From Macrostomum lignano (taxonomy: Eukaryota): DNA of 64,000 nt. The translations under genes and the position numbers were made by a program. Every line of letters starts with the position of its first letter. Positions within the stretch are counted from its first letter, which is position 1. The notes beneath the pieces were generated by a model. It had not been told where the DNA came from. It saw nothing but the letters and a program-made list of their open reading frames with translations, and did not search any database. Below are positions 37,298-50,597 of the stretch, in pieces. The stretch is taken from positions 248,001-312,000 of the forward strand of contig NIVC01000755.1 in NCBI GenBank assembly GCA_002269645.1, given 5' to 3'.

Positions 37298-40200
37298 TGT
37301 ATGCTTAAATAATAAACTTAAGCATAACTTAAACATTGAATATAGTATTTATTATAAACAAACTCTACAACGTACACATTGTCAATAGTAACAGTGATAA
37401 ACAAATAAACCCTTGCAGTGTGCGCGGGAATAATTCTTTTGAGACAATCTGTGCACCGTCTATGCGCCATCTATGCGCCATCTGTGGCCCTTTTTTACAT
37501 AAAATATATAAACTACATAAATTATATAAATTACATAAAATATGTAAATTATGCATTTTATGACAAATTTACAAAATTCTTAGAATTCATGTAGTCTCAA
37601 TATGCTACACCAGTTTTATGCTAATAAAGATTCTATTCTAATTCCTTATGCACCAAAGTTGTGCACAGCACCATATATGTCAGGGACCTTATGTGCTGCA
37701 TGCATTAGGGACCTCAGTGTATACGATAATTGTACACCAAGTGCACCAAGGACCCCTTGTGTTTGCTGGAATTTTTCATAGCAAAGGCCATCTTCCTGAC
37801 TATGGTGCTATAGGTACTCATTTTGGCACCACAGGCACTCAATTGCCTTATGGTTTTTTGTACCCGCCGTGTCTAACCCCCCATCCCCCTAGGCAATTGG
37901 GAGAGCTGCAGACCCCTGGCCCCCCAGGTTATGCCACTGGTTAATAAATATATTATTAGAGCTTTTCTATCATTTTATGATGTCATTTTAGTCATAATTT
38001 AATTTACTGTTTTAACAAATCATTTTTATTAAAAATAAGGCTATACAAAAAAATAATTAATGTTTTTATATGTTTCTAACTTTTTAAAACTCAAATAAAT
38101 TTATTTTATAGCTTTACTGTTTTCAAATTGCCAAAAAACGAATTTTCAAAAAACTTGCCCCCAATTTTTGGATTTTTCCATAGCCCATATGTTTAATTTT
38201 TTGAATAGAATATATTAATAATAGAAATAAACTAAATACATGATTCATGAATAAATTACATTAAAAAAAGATGGATTATTAACTTATAGAGGACTGAAAT
38301 GTATTTCATGCAATTAAATATAAGTTTCAATTTCAATTGGGAAATGAAATCAAAATTGAATTTGAAAAAGAAATTTTTATTGAAATATTTGTGTATTTTA
38401 TAAAAGAAATAATAACTATTGCCTTGATTTCTAAGATTTATAATTCAAATGCTATATCAATTAAAATAAACACATAAGCAGGTTTTTCTTTTTGAATACA
38501 TTGACTATTATCTACCAGTATAATTAAAATTATTTGTGAAACACATCAAATTACAATAAGTGAGCCCTACATATACTTTGAGACCTATCTTTATAAAAGC
38601 TAAAAATATGGGGGTACTTTGTTTTATAATTTAATTGCCAATCAGAAATAAAACATACGTTGTGCTCGACGCAGGGGATGACGACATTCTTTGTACATTT
38701 TTTTAAACTGAAAGGACTTAGATGGGACATGTCAATCAAATTGCGATAGGACATTTCTCATTACGATTGATAATTGATAGAAGGGGTAAACTATCAATGA
38801 AACTAAGTGATAGGCCTAGGCACTTATAAAATAAAAAGCTAAAATGTAAAAAATAAGCTACACAGCTATTTCTGCCACTAAATTTGCATTTGGGATGCAA
38901 TACATACAGACAGCAGGTAAGCTGAGTTCGGCGTAAAATACTGACAAACGTTTCGAAGCCTGGCAAGTCTAAGTTCTTGGAATAATTTGATTTAAAATGA
39001 CTTACTTTTACTTTATGCATTAAACCAAAATCATATGTGTTCTGGCAGTTTCATTTCATTTTACAGATTGTTATTGGAATTTAAACTACTAATTTTTTTT
39101 CATAAATTAATAAACCATAAACAATGCGTGCATATGTCCGTTCTCCAAAATGCCAATAAGCTGAAACGTCAAAATATCTAAATTCAATAGATCAAAGTTT
39201 CTTTGGGTGTCAGAATGCATTTACTTTACATGTACTTGAATTAATCATAAATACACTAATACAAATATTACATGAGTCTTTTGGGCCACCTTAAGATACG
39301 AACGCCTTCGGTGACATATCGTCCCATCATGACACCGAGGCAATTCGATCTCTCTAACCGTGGACTCCTAAGCACATTAAAGCTTCTTGTATGCAGGAAC
39401 ACACTCATACACACAGGGCCACTGTCATACACACTCTCACACAGGGTGTTCAGAGGCCCTGACTCAAGGACCACTGCATATATGTAATATACATTGGTCC
39501 TTGCCCTGACTTTCTAATCGTCAGACGTACATTTGTAAACTCTCCGTGGGGGTTAATGGCCCTCATAGGCATTATGTTATAAATAAAACGACAACCCGCC
39601 GACCAATTTTCGTGCAGAGCCCCAAATTATTGTGGCCGCGCACGGAATCGAACCCATGGCATGTGGTTGTAGCGAGAGTCTGGCGCTTCTTCAATGTATA
39701 ATGAGACAGAAAAGATTCCACCAGGCCTTAAACGTCAATTTTATTTACCTGTAATGTACATAAGTGTGGCACATATGCATTTTTTTCACACAAGTGTACG
39801 CGTGGCTACTCAGATATCTGCAATTTTCTAGCACAGACGGTCCCATCAGAGCGACAGGCTCATCTTCCTGTTGTCGGAGATTAGTGACTGTCTTTAATCC
39901 GCGGAAACACGGCGTCTTGGATTATAGGGCTTTTAATTTTTAGCAGCAAGGATGCGGTAAGCTGGTGTCAGTTGTACACGATACGCCAAATGAAGTATTA
40001 AAAACCCTAAATGGAATTTTCTGCAGATTTCCTAATCTTCTTGCTCAGCGCTCCCGGTAATTGCATGATATGATTCGATGTGAAGTCCTCGCCAACCGTC
40101 TGTCATGCGTTTCAATGCACGAGTAGCATGAAAATAATTGACTCCTTTGGTACTCCCGATGGCAGACAGGAAGGCATCAGTGAAAGTTGTTGAATGCATC

Positions 40201-40467
40201 GAGGGTCAGAGATTGCTGAGATTTTTTCGCAAAAAATGTATGCAGTTTTGCAAGATCCTGCCCTGTCTCACTTTCTAAAAAGCTTGCGTTGTGTGCCAAC
40301 AGCCAATTTACATACAGAATGGCATGAGATAAGCAACAGTACTGTCCAGAATCCAACGTCCATTGAGCTCTCCCCACGAGTCAAATGAGCTTCTCTATCC
40401 AAATCCATGGCTGTTAATATATCCAAGTCCCAGCTGTCTGCCACACGCCTATAATTCTTCCCATTTC

Positions 40468-42256
40468 CTACCCGGCGGTAAAAATCACGTCGAAATGACG
40501 TCGATATTCGACTTTCAAAAACTAGCGACTAATGAGTTGTCGTTTGAACCTTCATTCGACGTCGAAATTTCGATATTAATTTTTTTATCCCTCAATTTGC
40601 AGAATTGATCAGTAATAAGTATTTAAAAATATTTTTCCAACGTTGCTTTAAGTTAACTTAAAGGACAAATTAATTCAGTGTAAAACAGACACGATAATTT
40701 TTGTTTACAACGCATAAGATACACATTTTTTTAAAAATATCGCCATGCGATGTCGATTATCGATCGCATCTCGATTATTTGTCATATTGTAGACTTATAA
40801 ATTAATTTTAGTGTATTTCATATACGTATATATTTTCTGTATTACACTTGGCAATTCATTCCTTTCATTATGTAATTTGTGTTGCATTATTTTTGTTGCT
40901 ATTAATGTGCGTTAAAAATTTTGTGTTTAGTTTGATGTTTTATAATACTGCCGCTGACTACTATATACATGTAGGATTTTATACAGGACAAATGAATTAA
41001 TATCAAAGTAGCCATAAACTAGAAACTTTTACTTTTTAGTGCAGCCTATTGGAAATATTAATAGTGTAACAATGAACAGTGATGGATTCAATCCTCATAC
41101 TCGTAAATGTTAAAAGGGCACAACTCTATGTAAAGTATATATTTGTTTTGAAACAAATTTTTGAGAAATGTATTAAAATATAATTTTAACTTAAAATTCA
41201 TTTATATATGCATTCTAAGGAATGTTTGTTACATTCAAAGACAAAAAGCATAGCCCACCCATAGCTGCATGAATTACTACTTATACCATAATTATCTTAA
41301 CTTTTTCTATGTAGGGAAAACAGGAGATACTATAATATGTAGCTATGCTATAAAAAGTTAAAAACTCTATTGTAAATGCTCTATGAGGTCTGGGATTATA
41401 TTTAGAACATATTGTATTGTATTTCAATATTGTATATATATTGTAATTTTTTTCAGAAATTTATTTTATTTCAAGTATTTTACTTGTTTAGTAAAGCCAC
41501 CTCCTACTCTACCAAAAATTTTCAGCAAATACCCCTCTCAACTTGGCGGCCAAGGATGTCCTATGCGACGGCAGAAGACTGCGCTTTTTAGGGGTGCAGA
41601 AAAGCTGACTTTTCCACAAGGAGTAAACGCGCTGACGCCATTGATTTTCAATGTTTCCCATTTATGATTCCAATTTGTTGAATTTGTTGCATTTGTTGCC
41701 ATTGTTGTTCCTCATTTTCCATCGTTTACTTTCTGTTCCTGATAGCTTGATGCTATTTCTATGATTATATTTCAAATTGCTAGTGAATTGAATACACTGT
41801 ATACTTTTTTCATGGTTGCGAGATAATAATTGCATCTATGGTTTGGATATATATCAAATGAAACGTCATGCAGTCTTGATCGGCATTTTTATGCTTTATT
41901 TCGTTCCTCTTAGGGTAGATTATAGCTAGTGTATGAATTAACATTATGTTTCGTCAGTTATAAGTACATGTAGCTTATGACTATTGTATGAAACAATGAA
42001 CTAGCATATTATTAACTAATAATGATACTATAGTATATAGATAAAAAATCGAAAATTTGTCGAAAATCGCCATCAGCTTGCTGTCATCACGAATATAAAC
42101 GACGTCGACTTTTCGCCATCAGTAGTGGAAAACGCGACGTCGCATACTCGTCGTCTGATGGCGAAACATTCGACGTCGAAATCGGGGTTCAAATCGACAT
42201 GAAATTTCGACGTCGCTTTTCGACGTCATTTCGACGTGATTTTTACCGCCGGGTAG
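40468..42256. mobile_element. Non-autonomous DNA transposon (about 1.79 kb) with 37-bp perfect terminal inverted repeats
   Basis: ctacccggcggtaaaaatcacgtcgaaatgacgtcga at 40468-40504 and its exact reverse complement at 42220-42256; subterminal cgacgtcg motifs; AT-rich interior with no transposase ORF; possible TA target duplication. Confidence 0.85.
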
Positions 42257-42714
42257 TGAGAAAAGTTCTTCGTCAAAAATATGCCTGCCTGCCTCGTGCA
42301 CTGCTGCGGCCCATTGTGCCAGCAAAAAGAGTCATTCGTGAATTGATGGCCGGAAAAGACGAAAGAGGAGGCTTGGGGGTACACAGAAAGAGAAAGGGGC
42401 TGAGGATACCGGGATGGGGAGACGAATGGGCAAATAAAAATATGCGAAATGCGGAGAAGAATTCATAAATGGGGATTCGTACGGCTCGAACCCTGTGCAA
42501 GAAATAGAGCAGGTGGAATGAGGAACTCAAGGTATTTCTGAGTTCACTTAAGCACCGGTAAGGGCATCTGAGACAGTTGCAATATTGGCATTGCTGGGCT
42601 GTGATTTACTCACTGTATTTTTGCACAAAAGCGCTGTTATAGTCTATCCTGTGCTAGCATTCTCAATACCTTATGCTGATTCGTTACACTCAACAATCGG
42701 ACCATGGCGGGATC

Positions 42715-43230
42715 GGGAAGCTGGTCTCTGAAGCACCAGTGTGATCGGGAAGCTGGTCTCTGAAGCACCGGTGTGATCGGGAAGCTGGTCTCTGAAGCAC
42801 CGGTGTGATCGGGAAGCTGGTCTCTGAAGCACCGGTGTGATCGTGAAGGTCTCTGAAGCACCGGTGTGATCGGGAAGCACCGGTGTGATCGGGAAGCACC
42901 GGTGTGATCGGAAAGCACCGGTGTGATCGGGAAGCACCGGTGTGATCGGGAAGCACCGGTGTGATCGGGAAGCACCGGTGTGATCGGGAATCTGCTCTGA
43001 AGCACCGGTGTGATCGTGAAGGTCTCTGAAGCACCGGTGTGATCGGGAAGCTGGTCTCTGAAGCACCGGTGTGATCGGAAAGGTCTCTGAAGCACCGATG
43101 TGCTCGGGAAGCACCGGTCTGATCGGGGAAGGTCACTGAAGCACCGATGTGCTCGGGAAGCACCGGTCTGATCGGGAAGGTCACTGAAGCACTGGTGTGA
43201 TCGGGAAGAGCACGGAAGCACTGGTTCGAG
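42715..43230. repeat. Mixed 19/31-nt minisatellite (gaagcaccggtgtgatcgg with or without gaagctggtctct)
   Basis: direct reading. Confidence 0.94.
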
Positions 43231-43804
43231 AGGGTGACGCAAAGGATGCGGTGAAAAGTGCTCATCGAATTTTTGGGGTTCTCTTTTTAGACGCTGATTC
43301 CCCAGAGACTTACCTAGGGAGAGTCGCGCAAGTCAGGTAGGCCACTCTGGAGCAGCCCATGCAGATCCCGTGATTATCGACAGATCCTCTTTGATGGCTC
43401 ATCCTTCATTCGATTTTTCGCCCATTTCGTCCCGTTTCGAGTCGCTCTTAATTACATTATTTAGTTCGCGAGTGCGACTCCAGCTGATGAATTGTTTTAT
43501 TAGTGGTGAGCCCTCGCCCTGTCTCACTAAGCTCTCCATGTGTCCGGAGTTTCACTGCCAATCTCCATCCCCGCTTGGGCAAAACAGCCAGGCCATCCCA
43601 GCCCCGCTCAGAAAGCATCCCATTCGTCCTAATCAGTTTCCCTGCTTACTCAGGCCCATCCCACTGGGCTGGGGCGGTCCCCGTCTGTTTGCCAAGCCGT
43701 CACACCCGGAGTCTCTTCGCTGCCTTATCTGCCTGGCAAAGCACTTTTCCGGCATCGGTCCCATCTCTGAATGAGGCAATCAAGCCTCTCGGATCTAGCC
43801 TCTC

Positions 43805-45719
43805 GGATCTGGGATCTGGGATCGGGATCTGGGATCGGGATCTGGGATCGGGATCTGGGATCGGGATCTGGGATCGGGATCTGGGATCGGGATCTGGGAT
43901 CGGGATCTGGGATCGGGATCTGGGATCGGGATCTGGGATCGGGATCTGGGATCGGGATCTGGGATCGGGATCTGGGATCGGGATCTGGGATCGGGATCTG
44001 GGATCGGGATCTGGGATCGGGATCTGGGATCGGGATCTGGGATCGGGATCTGGGATCGGGATCTGGGATCGGGATCTGGGATCGGGATCTGGGATCGGGA
44101 TCTGGGATCGGGATCTGGGATCGGGATCTGGGATCGGGATCTGGGATCGGGATCTGGGATCGGGATCTGGGATCGGGATCTGGGATCGGGATCTGGGATC
44201 GGGATCTGGGATCGGGATCTGGGATCGGGATCTGGGATCGGGATCTGGGATCGGGATCTAGGATCGGGATCTGGGATCGGGATCTGGGATCGGGATCTGG
44301 GATCGGGATCTGGGATCGGGATCTGGGATCGGGATCTGGGATCGGGATCTGGGATCGGGATCTGGGATCGGGATCTGGGATCGGGATCTGGGATCGGGAT
44401 CTGGGATCGGGATCTGGGATCGGGATCTGGGATCGGGATCTGGGATCGGGATCTGGGATCGGGATCTGGGATCGGGATCTGGGATCGGGATCTGGGATCG
44501 GGATCTGGGATCGGGATCTGGGATCGGGATCTGGGATCGGGATCTGGGATCGGGATCTGGGATCGGGATCTGGGATCGGGATCTGGGATCGGGATCTGGG
44601 ATCGGGATCTGGGATCGGGATCTGGGATCGGGATCTGGGATCGGGATCTGGGATCGGGATCTGGGATCGGGATCTGGGATCGGGATCTGGGATCGGGATC
44701 TGGGATCGGGATCTGGGATCGGGATCTGGGATCGGGATCTGGGATCGGGATCTGGGATCGGGATCTGGGATCGGGATCTGGGATCGGGATCTGGGATCGG
44801 GATCTGGGATCGGGATCTGGGATCGGGATCTGGGATCGGGATCTGGGATCGGGATCTGGGATCGGGATCTGGGATCGGGATCTGGGATCGGGATCTGGGA
44901 TCGGGATCTGGGATCGGGATCTGGGATCGGGATCTGGGATCGGGATCTGGGATCGGGATCTGGGATCGGGATCTGGGATCGGGATCTGGGATCGGGATCT
45001 GGGATCGGGATCTGGGATCGGGATCTGGGATCGGGATCTGGGATCGGGATCTGGGATCGGGATCTGGGATCGGGATCTGGGATCGGGATCTGGGATCGGG
45101 ATCTGGGATCGGGATCTGGGATCGGGATCTGGGATCGGGATCTGGGATCGGGATCTGGGATCGGGATCTGGGATCGGGATCTGGGATCGGGATCTGGGAT
45201 CGGGATCTGGGATCGGGATCTGGGATCGGGATCTGGGATCGGGATCTGGGATCGGGATCTGGGATCGGGATCTGGGATCGGGATCTGGGATCGGGATCTG
45301 GGATCGGGATCTGGGATCGGGATCTGGGATCGGGATCTGGGATCGGGATCTGGGATCGGGATCTGGGATCGGGATCTGGGATCGGGATCTGGGATCGGGA
45401 TCTGGGATCGGGATCTGGGATCGGGATCTGGGATCGGGATCTGGGATCGGGATCTGGGATCGGGATCTGGGATCGGGATCTGGGATCGGGATCTGGGATC
45501 GGGATCTGGGATCGGGATCTGGGATCGGGATCTGGGATCGGGATCTGGGATCGGGATCTGGGATCGGGATCTGGGATCGGGATCTGGGATCGGGATCTGG
45601 GATCGGGATCTGGGATCGGGATCTGGGATCGGGATCTGGGATCGGGATCTGGGATCGGGATCTGGGATCGGGATCTGGGATCGGGATCTGGGATCGGGAT
45701 CTGGGATCGGGATCTGGGA
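43805..45719. repeat. Near-perfect 13-nt array (gggatctgggatc), about 147 copies
   Basis: direct reading; one substitution seen at 44260. Confidence 0.98.
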
Positions 45720-46314
45720 TAACTTCCCAGACTTTGTCTCTGACATCTCATTGCCGAGCTGCTTCCTCTTAATCATGGACCGCTGCCGCGCCCCCCCCCC
45801 CTAAACGCACTGCTCTTCTGCCCTGTCCAATCCAGCTTCCCTTTCTCCTCTTCCTGCATCGCCTCCTCTCTATCTCGTGTCCTCCGCTGGTGGCCACTGA
45901 CCCGACCCACTCCAGCCGAGCCTGTGAGCTCAGCGTCCTCCATCACCCGCCCCGGCCCCCGCAGGGCGATCCACACAGGATGATCGAAAGAAGAAGCGAA
46001 AGGAAGAGGAGCTCGGCGGAGGGGGGGGGAGACGGGCGCACAAAAATGACGCGTAAAGCGGAGCGGGGCATCGTGGAGGAGAATAAAAGCCCGGCAATCT
46101 TCGGACAGGTCACTTCAGAGCCAGCAAAGTTGCCAATCCGACTCCAAAACAGGGGAGTCGGCCAACCGAGCTTGAAGTGGAATATTGAGGACTCCGATAG
46201 AAGTGAGTACAGAGCTGTGATGTGTGCGCTGCTTGGGTTGTTTGCTTCGACAGGGAATTTTAGCGATTTTAGATAATCAAATGGGATTAATTGCACAACA
46301 TGTGATACTGTGAT

Positions 46315-48863
46315 TACTGATAATCACCGATGTCAGATACATAGTCACCGATATTAGATAATCACCGATACCAGATAATCACCGATTACAGACAATCACC
46401 GATTACAGACAATCAGTGATATCAGATAGATAATCACCGATATCAGACTATCACCAATTTCAGATAGATAATCACCGATATCAGACAATTACCAATCTCA
46501 GATAATCACTGATATCAGATAAGCACTGATATCAGACAATCACCGATATTAGACAATCAGTGATATCAGATATAGATAATCACCGATACCAGATAATCAC
46601 CGATTACAGACAATCACCGATTACAGACAATCACCAATTTCAGATAGATAATCACCGATATCAGACAATTACCAATATCAGATAAGCACTGATATCAGAC
46701 AATCACCGATATTAGACAATCAGTGATATCAGATATAGATAATCACCGATATCAGACAATTACCGATATCAGATAATCACTGATATCAGACAATCACCGA
46801 TATTAGACAATCAGTGATATCAGATATAGATAATCACCGATATAAGATAATCACCGATATCAGACAATTACCGATATTAGATAGATAATCACCGATATCA
46901 GATAATCACCAATATTAGATAGATAATCACCGATATCAGACAATCACCGATATCAGAAAATCACCGATATCAGAAAATCACCGATATCAGAAAATCACCG
47001 ATATCAGAAAATCACCGATATCAGATAATCACCGATATCAGACAATCACCGATATCAGAAAATCACCGATATCAGAAAATCACCGATATCAGACAATCAC
47101 CAATTTCAGATATAATCACCGATATCAGATAATCACCAATTTCAGATAATCACTAATATCAGACAATCACCGATATCAGAAAATCACCGATATCAGATAA
47201 TCACCGATATCAGACAATCACCGATATCAGAAAATCACCGATATCAGAAAATCACCGATATCAGACAATCACCGATATCAGACAATCACCAATTTCAGAT
47301 AAGCACTGATATCAGACAATCACCGATATTAGACAATCAGTGATATCAGATATAGATAATCACCGATATAAGATAATCACCGATATCAGACAATTACCGA
47401 TATTAGATAGATAATCACCGATATCAGATAATCACCAATATTAGATAGACAATCACCGATATCAGAAAATCACCGATATCAGATAATCACCGATATCCGA
47501 CAATCACCGATATCAGAAAATCACCGATATCAGAAAATCACCGATATCAGATAATCACCGATATCAGAAAATCACCAATTTCAGATATAATCACCGATAT
47601 TAGATAGATAATCACCGATATTAGATAATCACCAATTTCAGATATAATCACCAATTTCAGATAATCACTAATATCAGACAATCACCGATATTAGGCAATC
47701 AGTGATATCAGATATAGATAATCACCGATATCAGATAATCACCGATAAAAGATAATCACCGATATCAGATAATCACCGATATCAGATAATCACCGATATC
47801 AGACAATCACCGACATCAGAAAATCACCGATATCAGACAATCAGCGATATCAGACAATCACCGATATCAGACAATCACCGATATCAGACAATCACCGATA
47901 TCAGACAATCACCGATATCAGACAATCACCGATATCAGACAATCACCGATATCAGACAATCACCGATATCAGACAATCACCGATATCAGACAATCACCGA
48001 TATCAGACAATCACCGAAATCAGACAATCTCCGATATCAGACAATCACCGATATCAGACAATCACCGAAATCAGACAATCACCGATATCAGACAATCACC
48101 GATATCAGACAATCACCGATATCAGACAATCACCGATATCAGACAATCACCGATATCAGACAATCACCGATATCAGACAATCACCGATATCAGACAATCA
48201 CCGATATCAGACAATCACCGATATCAGACAATCACCGATATCAGACAATCACCGATATCAGACGATCACCGATATCAGACAATCACCGATATCAGACAAT
48301 CACCGATATCAGACAATCACCGATATCAGACAATCACCGATATCAGACAATCACCGATATCAGACAATCACCGATATCAGACAATCACCGATATTAGATA
48401 GATAATCACCGATATCAGACAATCACCGATATCAGACAATCACCGATATCAGACAATCACCGATATCAGACAATCACCGATATTAGATAGATAATCACCG
48501 ATATCAGAAAATCACCGATATTAGACAATCAGTGATATCAGATAGGTAATCACCGATATCAGACGATCACCGATATCAGATAATCAGTGATATCAGACAA
48601 TCACCGATATCAGACAATCACCGATATCAGATAGATAATCACCGATATCAGAAAATCACCGATATTAGACAATCAGTGATATCAGATAGGTAATCACCGA
48701 TATCAGACAATCACTGATATCAGATAACACCGATATCAGACAATCACCGATATCAGATAACACCGATATAAGATAATCTCCGATATCAGACGATCACCGA
48801 TATCAGACAATCACCGATATCAGACGATCACCGATATCAGACAATCAGCGATATCAGACAATC
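46315..48863. repeat. 17-nt minisatellite (aatcaccgatatcagac), about 2.5 kb, degenerate 5' half and homogeneous 3' block
   Basis: direct reading. Confidence 0.97.
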
Positions 48864-50597
48864 TCTCACATCAGCTCACAGGAGACCATGACGCTGAATC
48901 ATGAGCAGTTCTGTTAATAACCATGAATAGCGCTGCATAATAGTGCAGAATTGCACGCAGAACTGTGGCAAATTCATCTGCCAGCACAAAGACGATTAGC
49001 GCTCCTGAGAACCTCAGATTCCCCAATCCCCCACCCCATCCGCGGGGTGCTCATCTTTCACTCAATGCCCCTCGCAGCTCGCCAACATTTCTTCCTTACT
49101 CAAAACATTTCCTATTTTCTCAACTTTCACTGTTCAACCTTCTTTGCCCCTTCCTAATGCTCCTGTTCCCCATCCCCTCATCAGCCTCCACTGCCCTTCT
49201 CTCAATACTTTTAGTTGCGCCTGGCGTCTCCCAGCCGCGATCCTTCGCTCTTCATCGCCGTCTCAATTTTCGCCCTGTCCCGGACCTCCCCACTCTCCAG
49301 CTGCCTCATCCTTCTTCGCCTCCGAACAGCCGCTGCCCTGGCCAGCTGAGGCAATCATTAACCAAAGCCAAACCCCTGCCCAGAAGCAAGTGACGAGAGC
49401 AAAAATAGCCTCGAAGTCGAAAATGGGAAACAAAAAAGAAACGCGGAAGGGGAGGCGGAGGATGCTGGAGAGGCTTATCGCTGCGTCCAGCAGCTCTGAG
49501 ATTGAGCAGCTCCCCAGCCGGTGTTGCTAAACGGCTCACCGGGGCTGCCCGGCTCAGCAGCCTCTCATCAAGCGGTCAAGTTGCAGTCCACGGGTCGATG
49601 CTCCAACCCCCTCGTGCTAAGCCGAGACACAGAGACCGATGGCGAGTTCGACAGATAAGGGAAACTGGCAATTCGAATCAATACTTATGACTCGGACAAT
49701 ATATGGTGATGCTCATATATGATTAGAACTTGCTAAACTAATCAAATCGGAACTACATAGCTCAATTTTACACACTCGGCGCAAAGGACTGCGTTAAGAA
49801 AAGTAAAATCGAATTTCAACAGCGTGTGGGTTTGCCATCGTAATTCACGAAAACCAGTCGAACTTGATGCAGCATTCGAGCTGTCGAAGCTGATTGCTTA
49901 ATAAACAGTGATAAAAATATGCTTTTTTCGAATCTTATGCGGCATGCCGAGAGTTTCGAAGCAGTGAGGACGGAGGGGCGGACACGGGTGAGGTCACGCC
50001 CACGGGGCTGTCGGCGCGTTTCTCCGAGTGAAAATTGGCCTCCCGAGCGGGGAAAATTGCATTTTTGCGAAGGCGTCGCCGCGCTCAACCCCCCCCCCCC
50101 CCCCAGCATCTGAGCCGTCACTCCGGACCGGCCGCGCCCCCGAGACACTCCAGCCAGCTGGGCGCCCCCGCACTGCTCAGGGAGAGCCGGGTCCGGCCGG
50201 TGTGGAATTAGCAACCCGCTCGCCTGTCTGCTCAAGGATTCCAAGGCCTACTTCTGCCAACCCTAAGCCCCTTATCCTTGGCGCCCCGGGAGCTTGGGGG
50301 GATGCAGAGCTGCGCTGTTGAAGAGGCCCCCCCTCAGACATCCGGACTTCAGCCGAGTGTTAGGCGAGAAGGCAGGCATCCCTTCCTCCGCAGATGCATG
50401 TATGAAGCTAATTTCTGCTGCGAGACGGAAGCCAATCACATGCTGATGGAAGCACGAATTTGCAAGCCTGCTGTTGGACTTTCTGGCCACTAGAAGGAAC
50501 TGATAGATTTAGTTTTATCCTATCTTAAGACAATTAACTTTGCTTAGCGGCTGAGAGAAAGACGAGTTTAAGTTGCTCAGTTGTTCTGGTGACCCAG

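Noticed and set aside
39600-39700. B-box-like GGGTTCGATTCC on the - strand (39644-39655), possible tRNA or SINE head
   Set aside because: No cloverleaf or clear A-box could be built; at most a degenerate SINE fragment
43314-43360. ATG-initiated mini-exon with gtaagt donor on the - strand as RICTOR exon 1
   Set aside because: Ends in phase 2, whereas the acceptor at 35073 needs phase 1
43503-45804. 677-683 aa GSGIGIWDRDL / PDPRSRSQIPI ORFs
   Set aside because: A stop-free 13-nt unit is open in all frames; this is a repeat artefact
4372-48863. Apparent enrichment of palindromes in minisatellite units (GAAGCTTC, AATGTACATT, CACCGGTG, GATATC)
   Set aside because: With about 25 units of about 25 nt, a few 8-bp and many 6-bp palindromes are expected by chance
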